Positions 1 through 7,632 of a stretch of 38,339 bases of DNA are shown here, in pieces. The translations under genes and the position numbers were made by a program. Every line of letters starts with the position of its first letter. Within the stretch, counting starts at the first letter, position 1. The stretch covers positions 1 through 38,339 of the forward strand of contig JAKSPQ010000003.1 in NCBI GenBank assembly GCA_024404665.1. The letters run 5' to 3'. The notes under the pieces are model-generated. The model did no database searches and was not told the DNA's origin. It saw only the letters and a program-made list of their open reading frames with translations. Source of the stretch: Clostridia bacterium. GTDB lineage: Bacteria; Bacillota; Clostridia; Oscillospirales; CAG-272.

Positions 1-363
1 CACTGCGTCATAAATGACGACGCCGCGGCAATCGCGGAGAAGGTGCTGAACTCTGATGTCGTCGCCTGGGCTACCCCGATTTATTACTATGAAATGTCCG
101 GCCAGATGAAGACTCTCATCGACCGTATGAACTCTATGTACGGAAAAGACTACCGCTTCCGCGATGTCTACCTCATGACGACGGCCGCGGACGACGCGCC
201 GCAGACACCGGAGTATGCTGCCGGAGGTCTTCAGGGCTGGATCGACTGCTTCGAAAAGGCATCATTCAGAGGACAGCTCTTCTGCGGCGGCGTGAACGCC
301 CCTGATGACATCATCGGCAACGCGAAGCTGAATGACGCTTACGAAATGGGCAGAAACTGTTAA
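1..363 (+). CDS. Flavodoxin family / NADPH-dependent FMN reductase (5' partial)
   Basis: Frame is open from base 1 (HCVINDDAAAIAEKVLNSDVV). Contains ATPIYYYEMSGQMKTLIDR, typical of multimeric flavodoxin WrbA-like proteins. Confidence 0.85.
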   Translation, partial: HCVINDDAAAIAEKVLNSDVVAWATPIYYYEMSGQMKTLIDRMNSMYGKDYRFRDVYLMTTAADDAPQTPEYAAGGLQGWIDCFEKASFRGQLFCGGVNAPDDIIGNAKLNDAYEMGRNC

Positions 364-375
364 GGAGGTCCGCAA

Positions 376-537
376 GTGATTTACCGTAAGTTTAAAGACC
401 TGTCCCTGTCCGCACTCGGCCTCGGAATGATGCGTCTGCCGGTCATAAACGGCAACGACAGCGAAATTGACGAGAACGAAGCGGCAAAAATGATTGACCT
501 TGCCTACCGCAGCGCATCCGCATCTCCGAAGTCATGA
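376..537 (+). pseudogene. Truncated aldo/keto reductase N-terminal fragment (53 aa)
   Basis: SD AAGGAGG at 362-368 and GTG at 376 give MIYRKFKDLSLSALGLGMMRLPVINGNDSEIDENEAAKMIDLAYRSASASPKS*. This matches the AKR N-terminal LS.LG.G.MRLP motif and stops just before the expected G(I/V)NY(F/Y)DTA motif. Not in the ORF track. Confidence 0.8.
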
Positions 538-567
538 GCGATTTTTCCGGCATGATCGGTATGTGAT

Positions 568-1164
568 ATGAGAAAAGCACAGTTTTTTCTGCTTATCCTG
601 CCAGCCCTGTGCCTGTGTGCCTGCTCGGCGGAGACCGGCGCGGAAACGGAAAAAAACGCCGCGCCGGGAAGCAATCCTTCCGCAAGCGTGACAGTGAATA
701 CCTCAGAGCACCAAAAAGGCCCGGCCACCGAAGTCCCACACACGGCCGCAGACGGAGAACCGTCCGACACGGAAGGAGATAATACGGACATGATAAGATT
801 AACCGTAGGCAATCACATCATCACCGCGGAGCTATCGGACACCACTGCCGCCCGCGCATTGGCCGAACTGCTGTCTCACGGCCCCATCAGAATGACCGCC
901 TCAAACTACGGCGGCTTTGAAAAGGTCTGTGAGCTCGGAACACGCCTGACGTCGGATGACATTCAGACCGTGACGCAGCCCGGTGACATAATGCTCTACA
1001 GCGGAGACAAAATCGTTATTTTCTACGGAAGCAACACATGGGCTTATACGCGTCTCGGCCGCGTCGTCAGCGTCGACGGAAACGATATTTCCGGGCTGCG
1101 CGAGGCGTTGAGCGGAAAAGAGTCTGAAATTGTCATCGAACTTGCCGTCGACTGTCCCGCCTGA
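568..1164 (+). CDS. Cyclophilin-like fold lipoprotein
   Basis: Signal peptide with lipobox-like LCLCAC, a low-complexity linker, then a domain with M..YGGFEKV and PGDIMLYSG..IVIFYG motifs. Confidence 0.8.
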   Translation: MRKAQFFLLILPALCLCACSAETGAETEKNAAPGSNPSASVTVNTSEHQKGPATEVPHTAADGEPSDTEGDNTDMIRLTVGNHIITAELSDTTAARALAELLSHGPIRMTASNYGGFEKVCELGTRLTSDDIQTVTQPGDIMLYSGDKIVIFYGSNTWAYTRLGRVVSVDGNDISGLREALSGKESEIVIELAVDCPA

Positions 1165-1279
1165 GAATTGCAAAGGTGTCCGTCGGCATACCGCTTAAGG
1201 GACGTTGTCCGTCTTTCTGAAAAATGTCCGCGAAGACGGCGCCAACACAAAAAACGTAATTAACTGAAGATTCGGAGAA

Positions 1280-1975
1280 ATGAAAATGAAAAAAATACTG
1301 TTGATAATGCTGTCCTTTGTACTGACGGCAGCCCTGACAGCCTGCGGAGGAACCGGAACCCCATCCGGAGGCGAAGCCGGCTCCCGTCAGGAGTCTGACG
1401 CAATACACGCGTCCGACAGCATCGGCAGGACGGAGGCCCCGGAAGGCACTGACGCCCCTGAAGCCTCCGGTACCGATAAGGAACCCGAAACGGACGTCAC
1501 GTCAAAAACGCTTGTAATCTTCTTCTCCGCGACCGGCACGACCAAAGCCGTGGCTCAGAAAATCTCAGCCATAGAAGGCGCGGATCTTTACGAAATCAAG
1601 GCGGAGGTCCCCTATACGAGCGCGGATCTTGACTGGACAAACAGCAATAGCCGTTCAACCAAAGAGCAGAACGATTCCTCTGCCCGTCCCGCGATTGGCG
1701 GTGAAAAGCTCTCTCTTCAGGGATATACAAAAGTCTATATAGGCTTTCCCATCTGGTGGGGCGAGGAGCCGCGCATTATGGACACCTTTGTCGAGAGTTA
1801 TAATTTTGACGGAATAACGGTGATTCCCTTCTGTACCTCCTCAAGCAGCGGCATCGGACGGAGTGACAAAAACCTTGCCGAAAAGGCCGGAAGCGGAAGC
1901 TGGAAGAGCGGCAGACGTTTCGGCGGAAGCGTATCGGATTCAGAGCTTCGCGCCTTCATAGACGGTCTGAAATAA
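1280..1975 (+). CDS. Flavodoxin lipoprotein
   Basis: Lipobox LTAC and an acidic linker. Flavodoxin motifs FFSATGTT, IGFPIWWG and PFCTS.SSG. Confidence 0.88.
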   Translation: MKMKKILLIMLSFVLTAALTACGGTGTPSGGEAGSRQESDAIHASDSIGRTEAPEGTDAPEASGTDKEPETDVTSKTLVIFFSATGTTKAVAQKISAIEGADLYEIKAEVPYTSADLDWTNSNSRSTKEQNDSSARPAIGGEKLSLQGYTKVYIGFPIWWGEEPRIMDTFVESYNFDGITVIPFCTSSSSGIGRSDKNLAEKAGSGSWKSGRRFGGSVSDSELRAFIDGLK

Positions 1976-1994
1976 CCAGATCCGATAAACATAA

Positions 1995-2036
1995 CGGTGC
2001 CGTCAAAAAAGCATTTTTGCTTTTTTGACGGCACCG
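1995..2036. terminator. Bidirectional intrinsic terminator between convergent genes
   Basis: Perfect 19-bp inverted repeat cggtgccgtcaaaaaagca / tgcttttttgacggcaccg with a 4-nt loop. Confidence 0.8.
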
Positions 2037-2042
2037 GCTTTA

Positions 2043-2684
2043 TTATTCACATTTTTCAGTTTTTTCCTGAAGGTGGCGCATGATTTTGGATAATACGATA
2101 TCAAGCGCAACCGAATTGTGGCCGCCCTCCGGAATCACTATGTCGGCATAGCGCTTTGTCGGCTCCACAAACCTCTCGTGCATTGGCTTTACCGTATCGA
2201 GATACTGCCTGATTACGGAATCGATTGTTCTTCCGCGGTCCCTGACGTCCCGCTGAAGCCTGCGCAGAATGCGGACGTCGGCATCGGTATCGACATAGAT
2301 TTTGATATCGAAAAGGTCGCGGAGCTCCTTTTCGTAGAAAATCAGGATACCGTCGACGATGATAACCGGGTTCGGTTCAACCCTTCGGGTCTTTTCGCGG
2401 TCTCTGTTGTGCACGGTATAATCGTAAACGGGACAGTCGACGGTCTCTCCGGCGCGGAGCTTTCTGAGATCCGAGACCATAAGCTCGGTATCGAAGGCGT
2501 CCGGGTGATCGTAATTCAGCGCAGAGCGCTCCTCGTACGTCATTCCGTCATGTGCTTTATAATAGCTGTCGTGATATACAACGCTGACCTTGCCGTCATA
2601 AACCGATGCGATTCTGTCCGTAATCGTGCTTTTTCCGGAGCTGGTTCCGCCCGCTATTCCTATGATGAGTGTCTTTCCTTCCAT
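2043..2684 (-). CDS. udk: Uridine kinase
   Basis: IIGIAGGTSSGKST P-loop, NYDHPDAFD, DVRILRRLQRD and FVEPTKRYAD motifs. Confidence 0.95.
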   Translation of the reverse strand: MEGKTLIIGIAGGTSSGKSTITDRIASVYDGKVSVVYHDSYYKAHDGMTYEERSALNYDHPDAFDTELMVSDLRKLRAGETVDCPVYDYTVHNRDREKTRRVEPNPVIIVDGILIFYEKELRDLFDIKIYVDTDADVRILRRLQRDVRDRGRTIDSVIRQYLDTVKPMHERFVEPTKRYADIVIPEGGHNSVALDIVLSKIMRHLQEKTEKCE

Positions 2685-2820
2685 TTTTGTTCTCCGCTCA
2701 GATTATTAAAGATATCCTGTCTGAATTTACTCATTCTTTCTGTCCGAAAAGCCCCCGTACCCTTTATCCGCACTTACGGAACGGATATGGATTTCGCGCC
2801 GTACTTTCCGCTTACGGATT

Positions 2821-2849
2821 ATTGTATCATAAACCGCGGCGAAAATCAA
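2821..2849 (-). promoter_or_regulatory. Sigma-A-type promoter for udk
   Basis: Minus strand TTGATT-17 nt-TACAAT with an extended -10 TG. Confidence 0.6.
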
Positions 2850-2894
2850 TTGTTTTTTGTTTTCTTTTTCCCGTCGCTCACTTTAACGGTAATT

Positions 2895-3050
2895 CTTCTC
2901 ATGTTAACTTCCGCATTAATTCTCACCGCAGAAGTTTCTTTGATAATTTGCACATTCGGATTTTCAGGCTGAGTTTTGCCGCAAAATCCTTCTCATGTTA
3001 ACTTCTGCTCTTCTTTCTACTGTAGAAGTTACTTTGAAAAATTACATATT
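2895..3050. repeat. Two imperfect 62-bp direct repeats (2895-2956 and 2989-3050), each with an internal inverted repeat
   Basis: Both begin with the identical 17-mer cttctcatgttaacttc. By hand they are 47/62 identical without gaps, and each contains aacttc(c/t)gc...g(c/t)agaagtt. Confidence 0.75.
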
Positions 3051-3083
3051 TAAGGCAGTTTTATTCGGGAAGCAAAAAAACAG

Positions 3084-3112
3084 TTGACTTTGGAGTTGAT
3101 TTGCGATAGAAT
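3084..3112 (+). promoter_or_regulatory. Sigma-A-type promoter for the MBOAT gene
   Basis: TTGACT-17 nt-TAGAAT preceded by an A-tract. Confidence 0.65.
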
Positions 3113-3231
3113 ATAATAGAATATCTGTATACATTATTATACGGAAAAACCGGCATTCCGAAAAATCCTTACGGCCGGATTTGCCGCTTTACGTTCGCAA
3201 CAATACACAAAATTCAAACGGGAGCTCTGTT

Positions 3232-4617
3232 TTGAACTTCAACAGTCTCGAATTCATATTTATCTTTCTCCCCATGTTTCTGGCGGCCTACTACGTTATG
3301 CCCGCCGGACGAAGGAACATCGTGCTTCTGGCCGGAAGCATTCTGTTCTATCTCACGGGAGTCTGGAATGCGCCTCAGAACCTGCTTCTCATGGTTCTGT
3401 CCGTTATCGTCAACTGGCTTCTAGGCATTGCGATAGAGCGCTTCTGCCTGCAAAGAAAAATCTGGCTGTGTGCCGGTATCATATTCAATTTCGGAATTCT
3501 CTTCTTATACAAGTACGCCGGCCTTTACGATTCGCTTACGGATGGCAGCCTTGTTTCTTCGCTGAAGCTTGTATTCCCTCTCGGAATAAGCTTCAACAGC
3601 TTCAGAGCCGTTGCCTATTTGGCCGACGTCTCGCATGCGAAATGCTTTGCGGAGGATTCCCTCACGGACTTTGCCGCCTGGTATATGATGTTCCCCACCG
3701 TAACTGCCGGACCCATTACCGAGTACTCCGTAATGAGGAAGGAGCTGCATGGGCGCACCGTCGATGTCGACTCCTTCATAAAAGGCTTCCGCGATTTCGT
3801 CTTCGGCCTGGGCTTCAAGGCGCTGCTCGCCGGACAGCTGGGAGCGATGTGGTCCGGAGTCTGCGCCATCGGCTGGGACTCGGTTTCATCGGCGCTGGCA
3901 TGGCTGGCAATAATTGCGTATTCCCTTTACATCTACTTTGATTTCGCCGGATATTCGCTTATGGCAATCGGCATAGGACGTATGCTGGGCTTTACTCTTC
4001 CGGAAAACTTCAGAACACCGTATATGTCAAAAAGCATGACGGAATTCTGGAGGCGCTGGCATATCACTCTCGGCACCTGGTTCAGGAAGCATATATACAT
4101 TCCTCTCGGCGGCAACAGAGTAGGCAGGGTAAGACTGATTTTCAATCTGCTGGCCGTTTGGGTATTTACCGGCATCTGGCACGGATCAACGCTGAATTTT
4201 CTGCTGTGGGGCCTGTTTCTCTTTGCCGTTCTCATGCTCGAGAAATTCGTAATCAAGAAATATCTTGACAAATATTCATGGCTCGGACATATATACATGG
4301 CGCTTCTGATTCCGCTCTCCTGGACGCTGTTTGCTTTCACGAACATGCGGGAGCTCGGAGAATCCATCGTCCGTCTCTTCCCCTTCCTGCCGCAGGGAGA
4401 AACATACCCCATATGGCACGATTGGCTCGATTATTTCCTCAGATACTGGAAATATCTTATTCCGGGCCTCGTTTGCTGCACGGGACTTCCTTTTTACATA
4501 AAGAAAAAGCTCGAGGGAACCATCGTCTGGGATATAATAATCGCCGTAATCTTCGTGTTCTCTGTGTGGATCATAACGAAAATGGACGCCGACCCGTTCA
4601 TGTACGGACAATTCTGA
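3232..4617 (+). CDS. MBOAT family O-acyltransferase (AlgI/PatA/DltB-like)
   Basis: Multi-TM protein with PLGISF, YFDFAGYS, FWRRWHITLG and catalytic GIWHG motifs. Start placed at TTG 3232 after GGGAG (ORF track starts at 3181). Confidence 0.92.
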   Translation: MNFNSLEFIFIFLPMFLAAYYVMPAGRRNIVLLAGSILFYLTGVWNAPQNLLLMVLSVIVNWLLGIAIERFCLQRKIWLCAGIIFNFGILFLYKYAGLYDSLTDGSLVSSLKLVFPLGISFNSFRAVAYLADVSHAKCFAEDSLTDFAAWYMMFPTVTAGPITEYSVMRKELHGRTVDVDSFIKGFRDFVFGLGFKALLAGQLGAMWSGVCAIGWDSVSSALAWLAIIAYSLYIYFDFAGYSLMAIGIGRMLGFTLPENFRTPYMSKSMTEFWRRWHITLGTWFRKHIYIPLGGNRVGRVRLIFNLLAVWVFTGIWHGSTLNFLLWGLFLFAVLMLEKFVIKKYLDKYSWLGHIYMALLIPLSWTLFAFTNMRELGESIVRLFPFLPQGETYPIWHDWLDYFLRYWKYLIPGLVCCTGLPFYIKKKLEGTIVWDIIIAVIFVFSVWIITKMDADPFMYGQF

Positions 4618-4711
4618 CCGGGGATTTTTACAAAGCTCCGGGCCCCCCTGCTCCGCAAAGCAGGGACCGCTGTAAATTATATTACAAATTCAACTGTTTC
4701 ATTGGTATATT

Positions 4712-6313
4712 ATGAAAAAAGAAACGATAAGAAGCATTATTTCACTTCTGATATTCGCCATAGGCGCCGCGGTAACATTGCCGATGGCGACCGGTGTCTT
4801 TATCGACAAACTGAAGCCGGGGCCCGATATCGGCCTCGATACCGAGGAATGGGACTTCCCTACCGATCCCGAGGATACCGACCCGCCCGAAACGCCGGAC
4901 AATCCGTCCGACACGACGGCTTCTCCGGAGAATCCCGGCACTGAGCCGGAGGACCGTACGTCATCGCCCTCGGATAATACAACGTCACCTGAGGATACCT
5001 CCGCGCCGTCCTCCGATGTTACGACATCGACGGTAACGACAGTTCACGTGACAACCGAATCGAAAACCCAGGCGCCGACAACCGTCGCGCCGATCACGAC
5101 ATCATCGTCTTCTCAGACCGTTCCCGTGTATTTCGGACAGGGTTACGCTTATAAGAAGGTTGACAAATCATTTTTCGCAGACGCGCTCTTCATCGGTGAC
5201 TCAAGAACCGTGGGTATTAGAAATGCCAGCGCAGGCAGGTTCGACAATGCGGTATTCTTTGCCGACATAGGCGTCAGTGCCGCCAAAGCGATGGCTAACA
5301 AATACGAGGCATCATACGGAGCGGATACAAACGGAAAGCGAGTAAGCTTAGGCACGATGACGCTGAAGGATCTTCTTGCGAAACAGAAATTCGGCAAGAT
5401 TTACATTATGGTCGGCGTAAACGAGCTCGGCGGAAGCATTACGGGAATAACCAATAACATCATAAAGCTCAAGGATATGTGCCTGCAGTACGCTCCCGAC
5501 GCAAAAATCGTCATCGAGTGCAATCTGCATTTCACCGCGGCCGCCGAGAAAAACTATATTGCCAAGGGCTCCACATGGATGACCAACGACCGAATGAATC
5601 AGGTCAACGCAAAAATAGCCGCTCTTGCCGATTACAAGCAGATTTTCTGCATAGATATCAACGAAAAGTACGATATTCCGAGCGGCACCTTCAATCCCGA
5701 CTACTCCGGAGACGGCGTCCACCCGACATCGAAATACTACAGGGAAGGGATTCTGATTTTGAGAATTGAGAAAAGAATATATGACTTGAACGGGCATACC
5801 CTGACGCTTCGAAATGCCGAAAAAGAAGATGCCGAAATACTGCTGCCATACTTAAAAAGAGTATGCGGAGAGACAAGATTTCTTCTTCGCGAAGCGGATG
5901 AATGTCAGGAAATGACCGTTGAGCAAGAAGAGGCTTTTATCAGCAGTCACACAGAAAATGACCGTGCATGCCTTGTCCTGGCAGAGCTGGACGGCGTATA
6001 TGCGGGGAATGCATCTTTTGAAACTGCCGGCAGAAGCAGACGGAATGCTCACAGGGCGGAAATCGGTATAGCGCTGTACGCGGACTATACCGGCATGGGA
6101 ATTGGTAAAAAGTTGTTTTCCTTTATCCTTGAACTAATCGGGAAATGCGGATTTGAATCTGCCGAGCTTACGGTCGTGGAGGGGAATACACGTGCCATAC
6201 ATATGTATGAATCCTTTGGATTCACGGAAACGGGACGCATTCCCAAGGCGAACAAATACGATGACGGCACCTATGCAGACAATATTTTTATGGTCAGGAC
6301 GATGAAGCCCTGA
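4712..6313 (+). CDS. Membrane-anchored SGNH/GDSL hydrolase-fold protein, fused in frame to a C-terminal GNAT acetyltransferase
   Basis: N-terminal TM helix and D/P/E/T/S-rich linker. SGNH blocks FIGDS, GVNE and DGVHP, then a GNAT (YTGMGIGKKL, N.RAI.MYE.FGF). An internal TTG at 5759 is preceded by AAGGGA. Confidence 0.8.
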   Translation: MKKETIRSIISLLIFAIGAAVTLPMATGVFIDKLKPGPDIGLDTEEWDFPTDPEDTDPPETPDNPSDTTASPENPGTEPEDRTSSPSDNTTSPEDTSAPSSDVTTSTVTTVHVTTESKTQAPTTVAPITTSSSSQTVPVYFGQGYAYKKVDKSFFADALFIGDSRTVGIRNASAGRFDNAVFFADIGVSAAKAMANKYEASYGADTNGKRVSLGTMTLKDLLAKQKFGKIYIMVGVNELGGSITGITNNIIKLKDMCLQYAPDAKIVIECNLHFTAAAEKNYIAKGSTWMTNDRMNQVNAKIAALADYKQIFCIDINEKYDIPSGTFNPDYSGDGVHPTSKYYREGILILRIEKRIYDLNGHTLTLRNAEKEDAEILLPYLKRVCGETRFLLREADECQEMTVEQEEAFISSHTENDRACLVLAELDGVYAGNASFETAGRSRRNAHRAEIGIALYADYTGMGIGKKLFSFILELIGKCGFESAELTVVEGNTRAIHMYESFGFTETGRIPKANKYDDGTYADNIFMVRTMKP

Positions 6314-6471
6314 CATCTGAGGCAGCCGGAATTCCGAATATTGCAGATGCTGCCGTGTATACGGCGGATTCATCGACACGGTTCCGACGTAGGGGAGCTT
6401 CAGCTCCCGATCAAATCAGCTTTAAACAGCTGCCGCTGTTTGAATAAATATTATTTACAGGAGTGTGCTTT

Positions 6472-6571
6472 TTGATTAAGTACAACACAACGGAGATTGC
6501 AGCGTAACCGGGAGGTTGCGAATACAATCACACACAACCTCCCAGTATTGCAGTCAACAATCATCAGGAGG
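6472..6571 (+). promoter_or_regulatory. Candidate leader peptide plus hairpin (translational attenuator) upstream of the GNAT gene
   Basis: AGGAG at 6459-6463 and TTG 6472 to TAA 6507 give MIKYNTTEIAA. Stem gggaggttg (6510-6518) / caacctccc (6535-6543), whose 3' arm is also complementary to the SD AGGAGG (6566-6571). Confidence 0.45.
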
Positions 6572-6579
6572 AAAAATAA

Positions 6580-7215
6580 ATGAATAAAAATGACTACATA
6601 ATTCGTTTGGAGAAGAAGGAAGATTACCGTGAGGCAGAAAACCTCGTAAGAGAAAGCTTTTGGAACGTGTACCGTCCCGGATGCCTTGAGCATTACGTTC
6701 TGAAAAGCCTTAGAAGCGATCCGGATTTTGTGCCCGAGCTCGATTTCGTCATGGAAAAGGACGGAAGAATTATCGGACAGAATATCTTTGTAAGGACTGT
6801 CATCCGTGCAGACGACGGCAGAGAGATTCCCATTATGACAATGGGACCTATCTGTATTGCGCCTGAGCTGAAGCGACAGGGATACGGTAAAATACTGCTC
6901 GACCATTCGCTTGAAAAAGCAACGGAAATCGGCTGCGGTGCTGTCTGCTTTGAGGGAAACATTCAGTTTTACGGAAAAAGCGGCTTCAAATACGCAAGCG
7001 AGTACGGTATCCGTTATCACGGGCTCCCGGAGGGAGAGGACGCATCCTTTTTTCTCTGCAAGGAGCTGATTCCGGGATATCTTGAAGGAATCACCGGAGA
7101 ATATTCAACTCCCAAAGGTTATTTTGTCTGCGACGAAACGCCTGAGGAGTTTGCTGCTTATGAAGCGACATTTCCCTGCAAGGAAAAGCTGAAGCTTCCC
7201 GGACAGCTGATCTGA
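6580..7215 (+). CDS. GNAT family N-acetyltransferase (YhbS-like)
   Basis: Strong SD. MGPICIAPELKRQGYGKILL acetyl-CoA motif and GN..FYGKSGF. Confidence 0.9.
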   Translation: MNKNDYIIRLEKKEDYREAENLVRESFWNVYRPGCLEHYVLKSLRSDPDFVPELDFVMEKDGRIIGQNIFVRTVIRADDGREIPIMTMGPICIAPELKRQGYGKILLDHSLEKATEIGCGAVCFEGNIQFYGKSGFKYASEYGIRYHGLPEGEDASFFLCKELIPGYLEGITGEYSTPKGYFVCDETPEEFAAYEATFPCKEKLKLPGQLI

Positions 7216-7223
7216 ACGAAAAA

Positions 7224-7257
7224 ATGCCCCATGGCTGCATTTGCGGCCGTGGGGCAT
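7224..7257 (+). terminator. Hairpin / probable terminator after the GNAT gene
   Basis: atgccccatggctgc / gcggccgtggggcat stem with G-U pairs. The U-tract is weak. Confidence 0.5.
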
Positions 7258-7512
7258 GATTCCATTCAGCAAACGAAACTTATGTTATATGAATCGGGAA
7301 AAGATTTCATCCGCATGGATTACCTTTTCCTGTAAAAGCTCGCTTTTCGTTGCATTATATACAGGCTTATCTGCCTATTGATGGATATAAGTCCGATGAT
7401 ATATTCAGATTGTGGGTAAATGCGGAAGGTAAAGTTACATCTTTTTCGGAATTTAATTATAACAGATACGCAAATGTTGACATTGCAGCAGACAAGTATG
7501 CCCGACACACCC

Positions 7513-7558
7513 AAAAAACACCGGCACCCGAAAACAAATTCGGGTGCCGGTATTTTTT
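7513..7558. terminator. Bidirectional intrinsic terminator downstream of leuS
   Basis: 13-bp stem accggcacccgaa / ttcgggtgccggt flanked by A6 and T6. Confidence 0.85.
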
Positions 7559-7632
7559 GTAATTTCAAAATGAACTGCCCTGCGCATCGGTGCAAATGCC
7601 TTTGGCATTCAGCCGAATCCGACAGTATTTTC

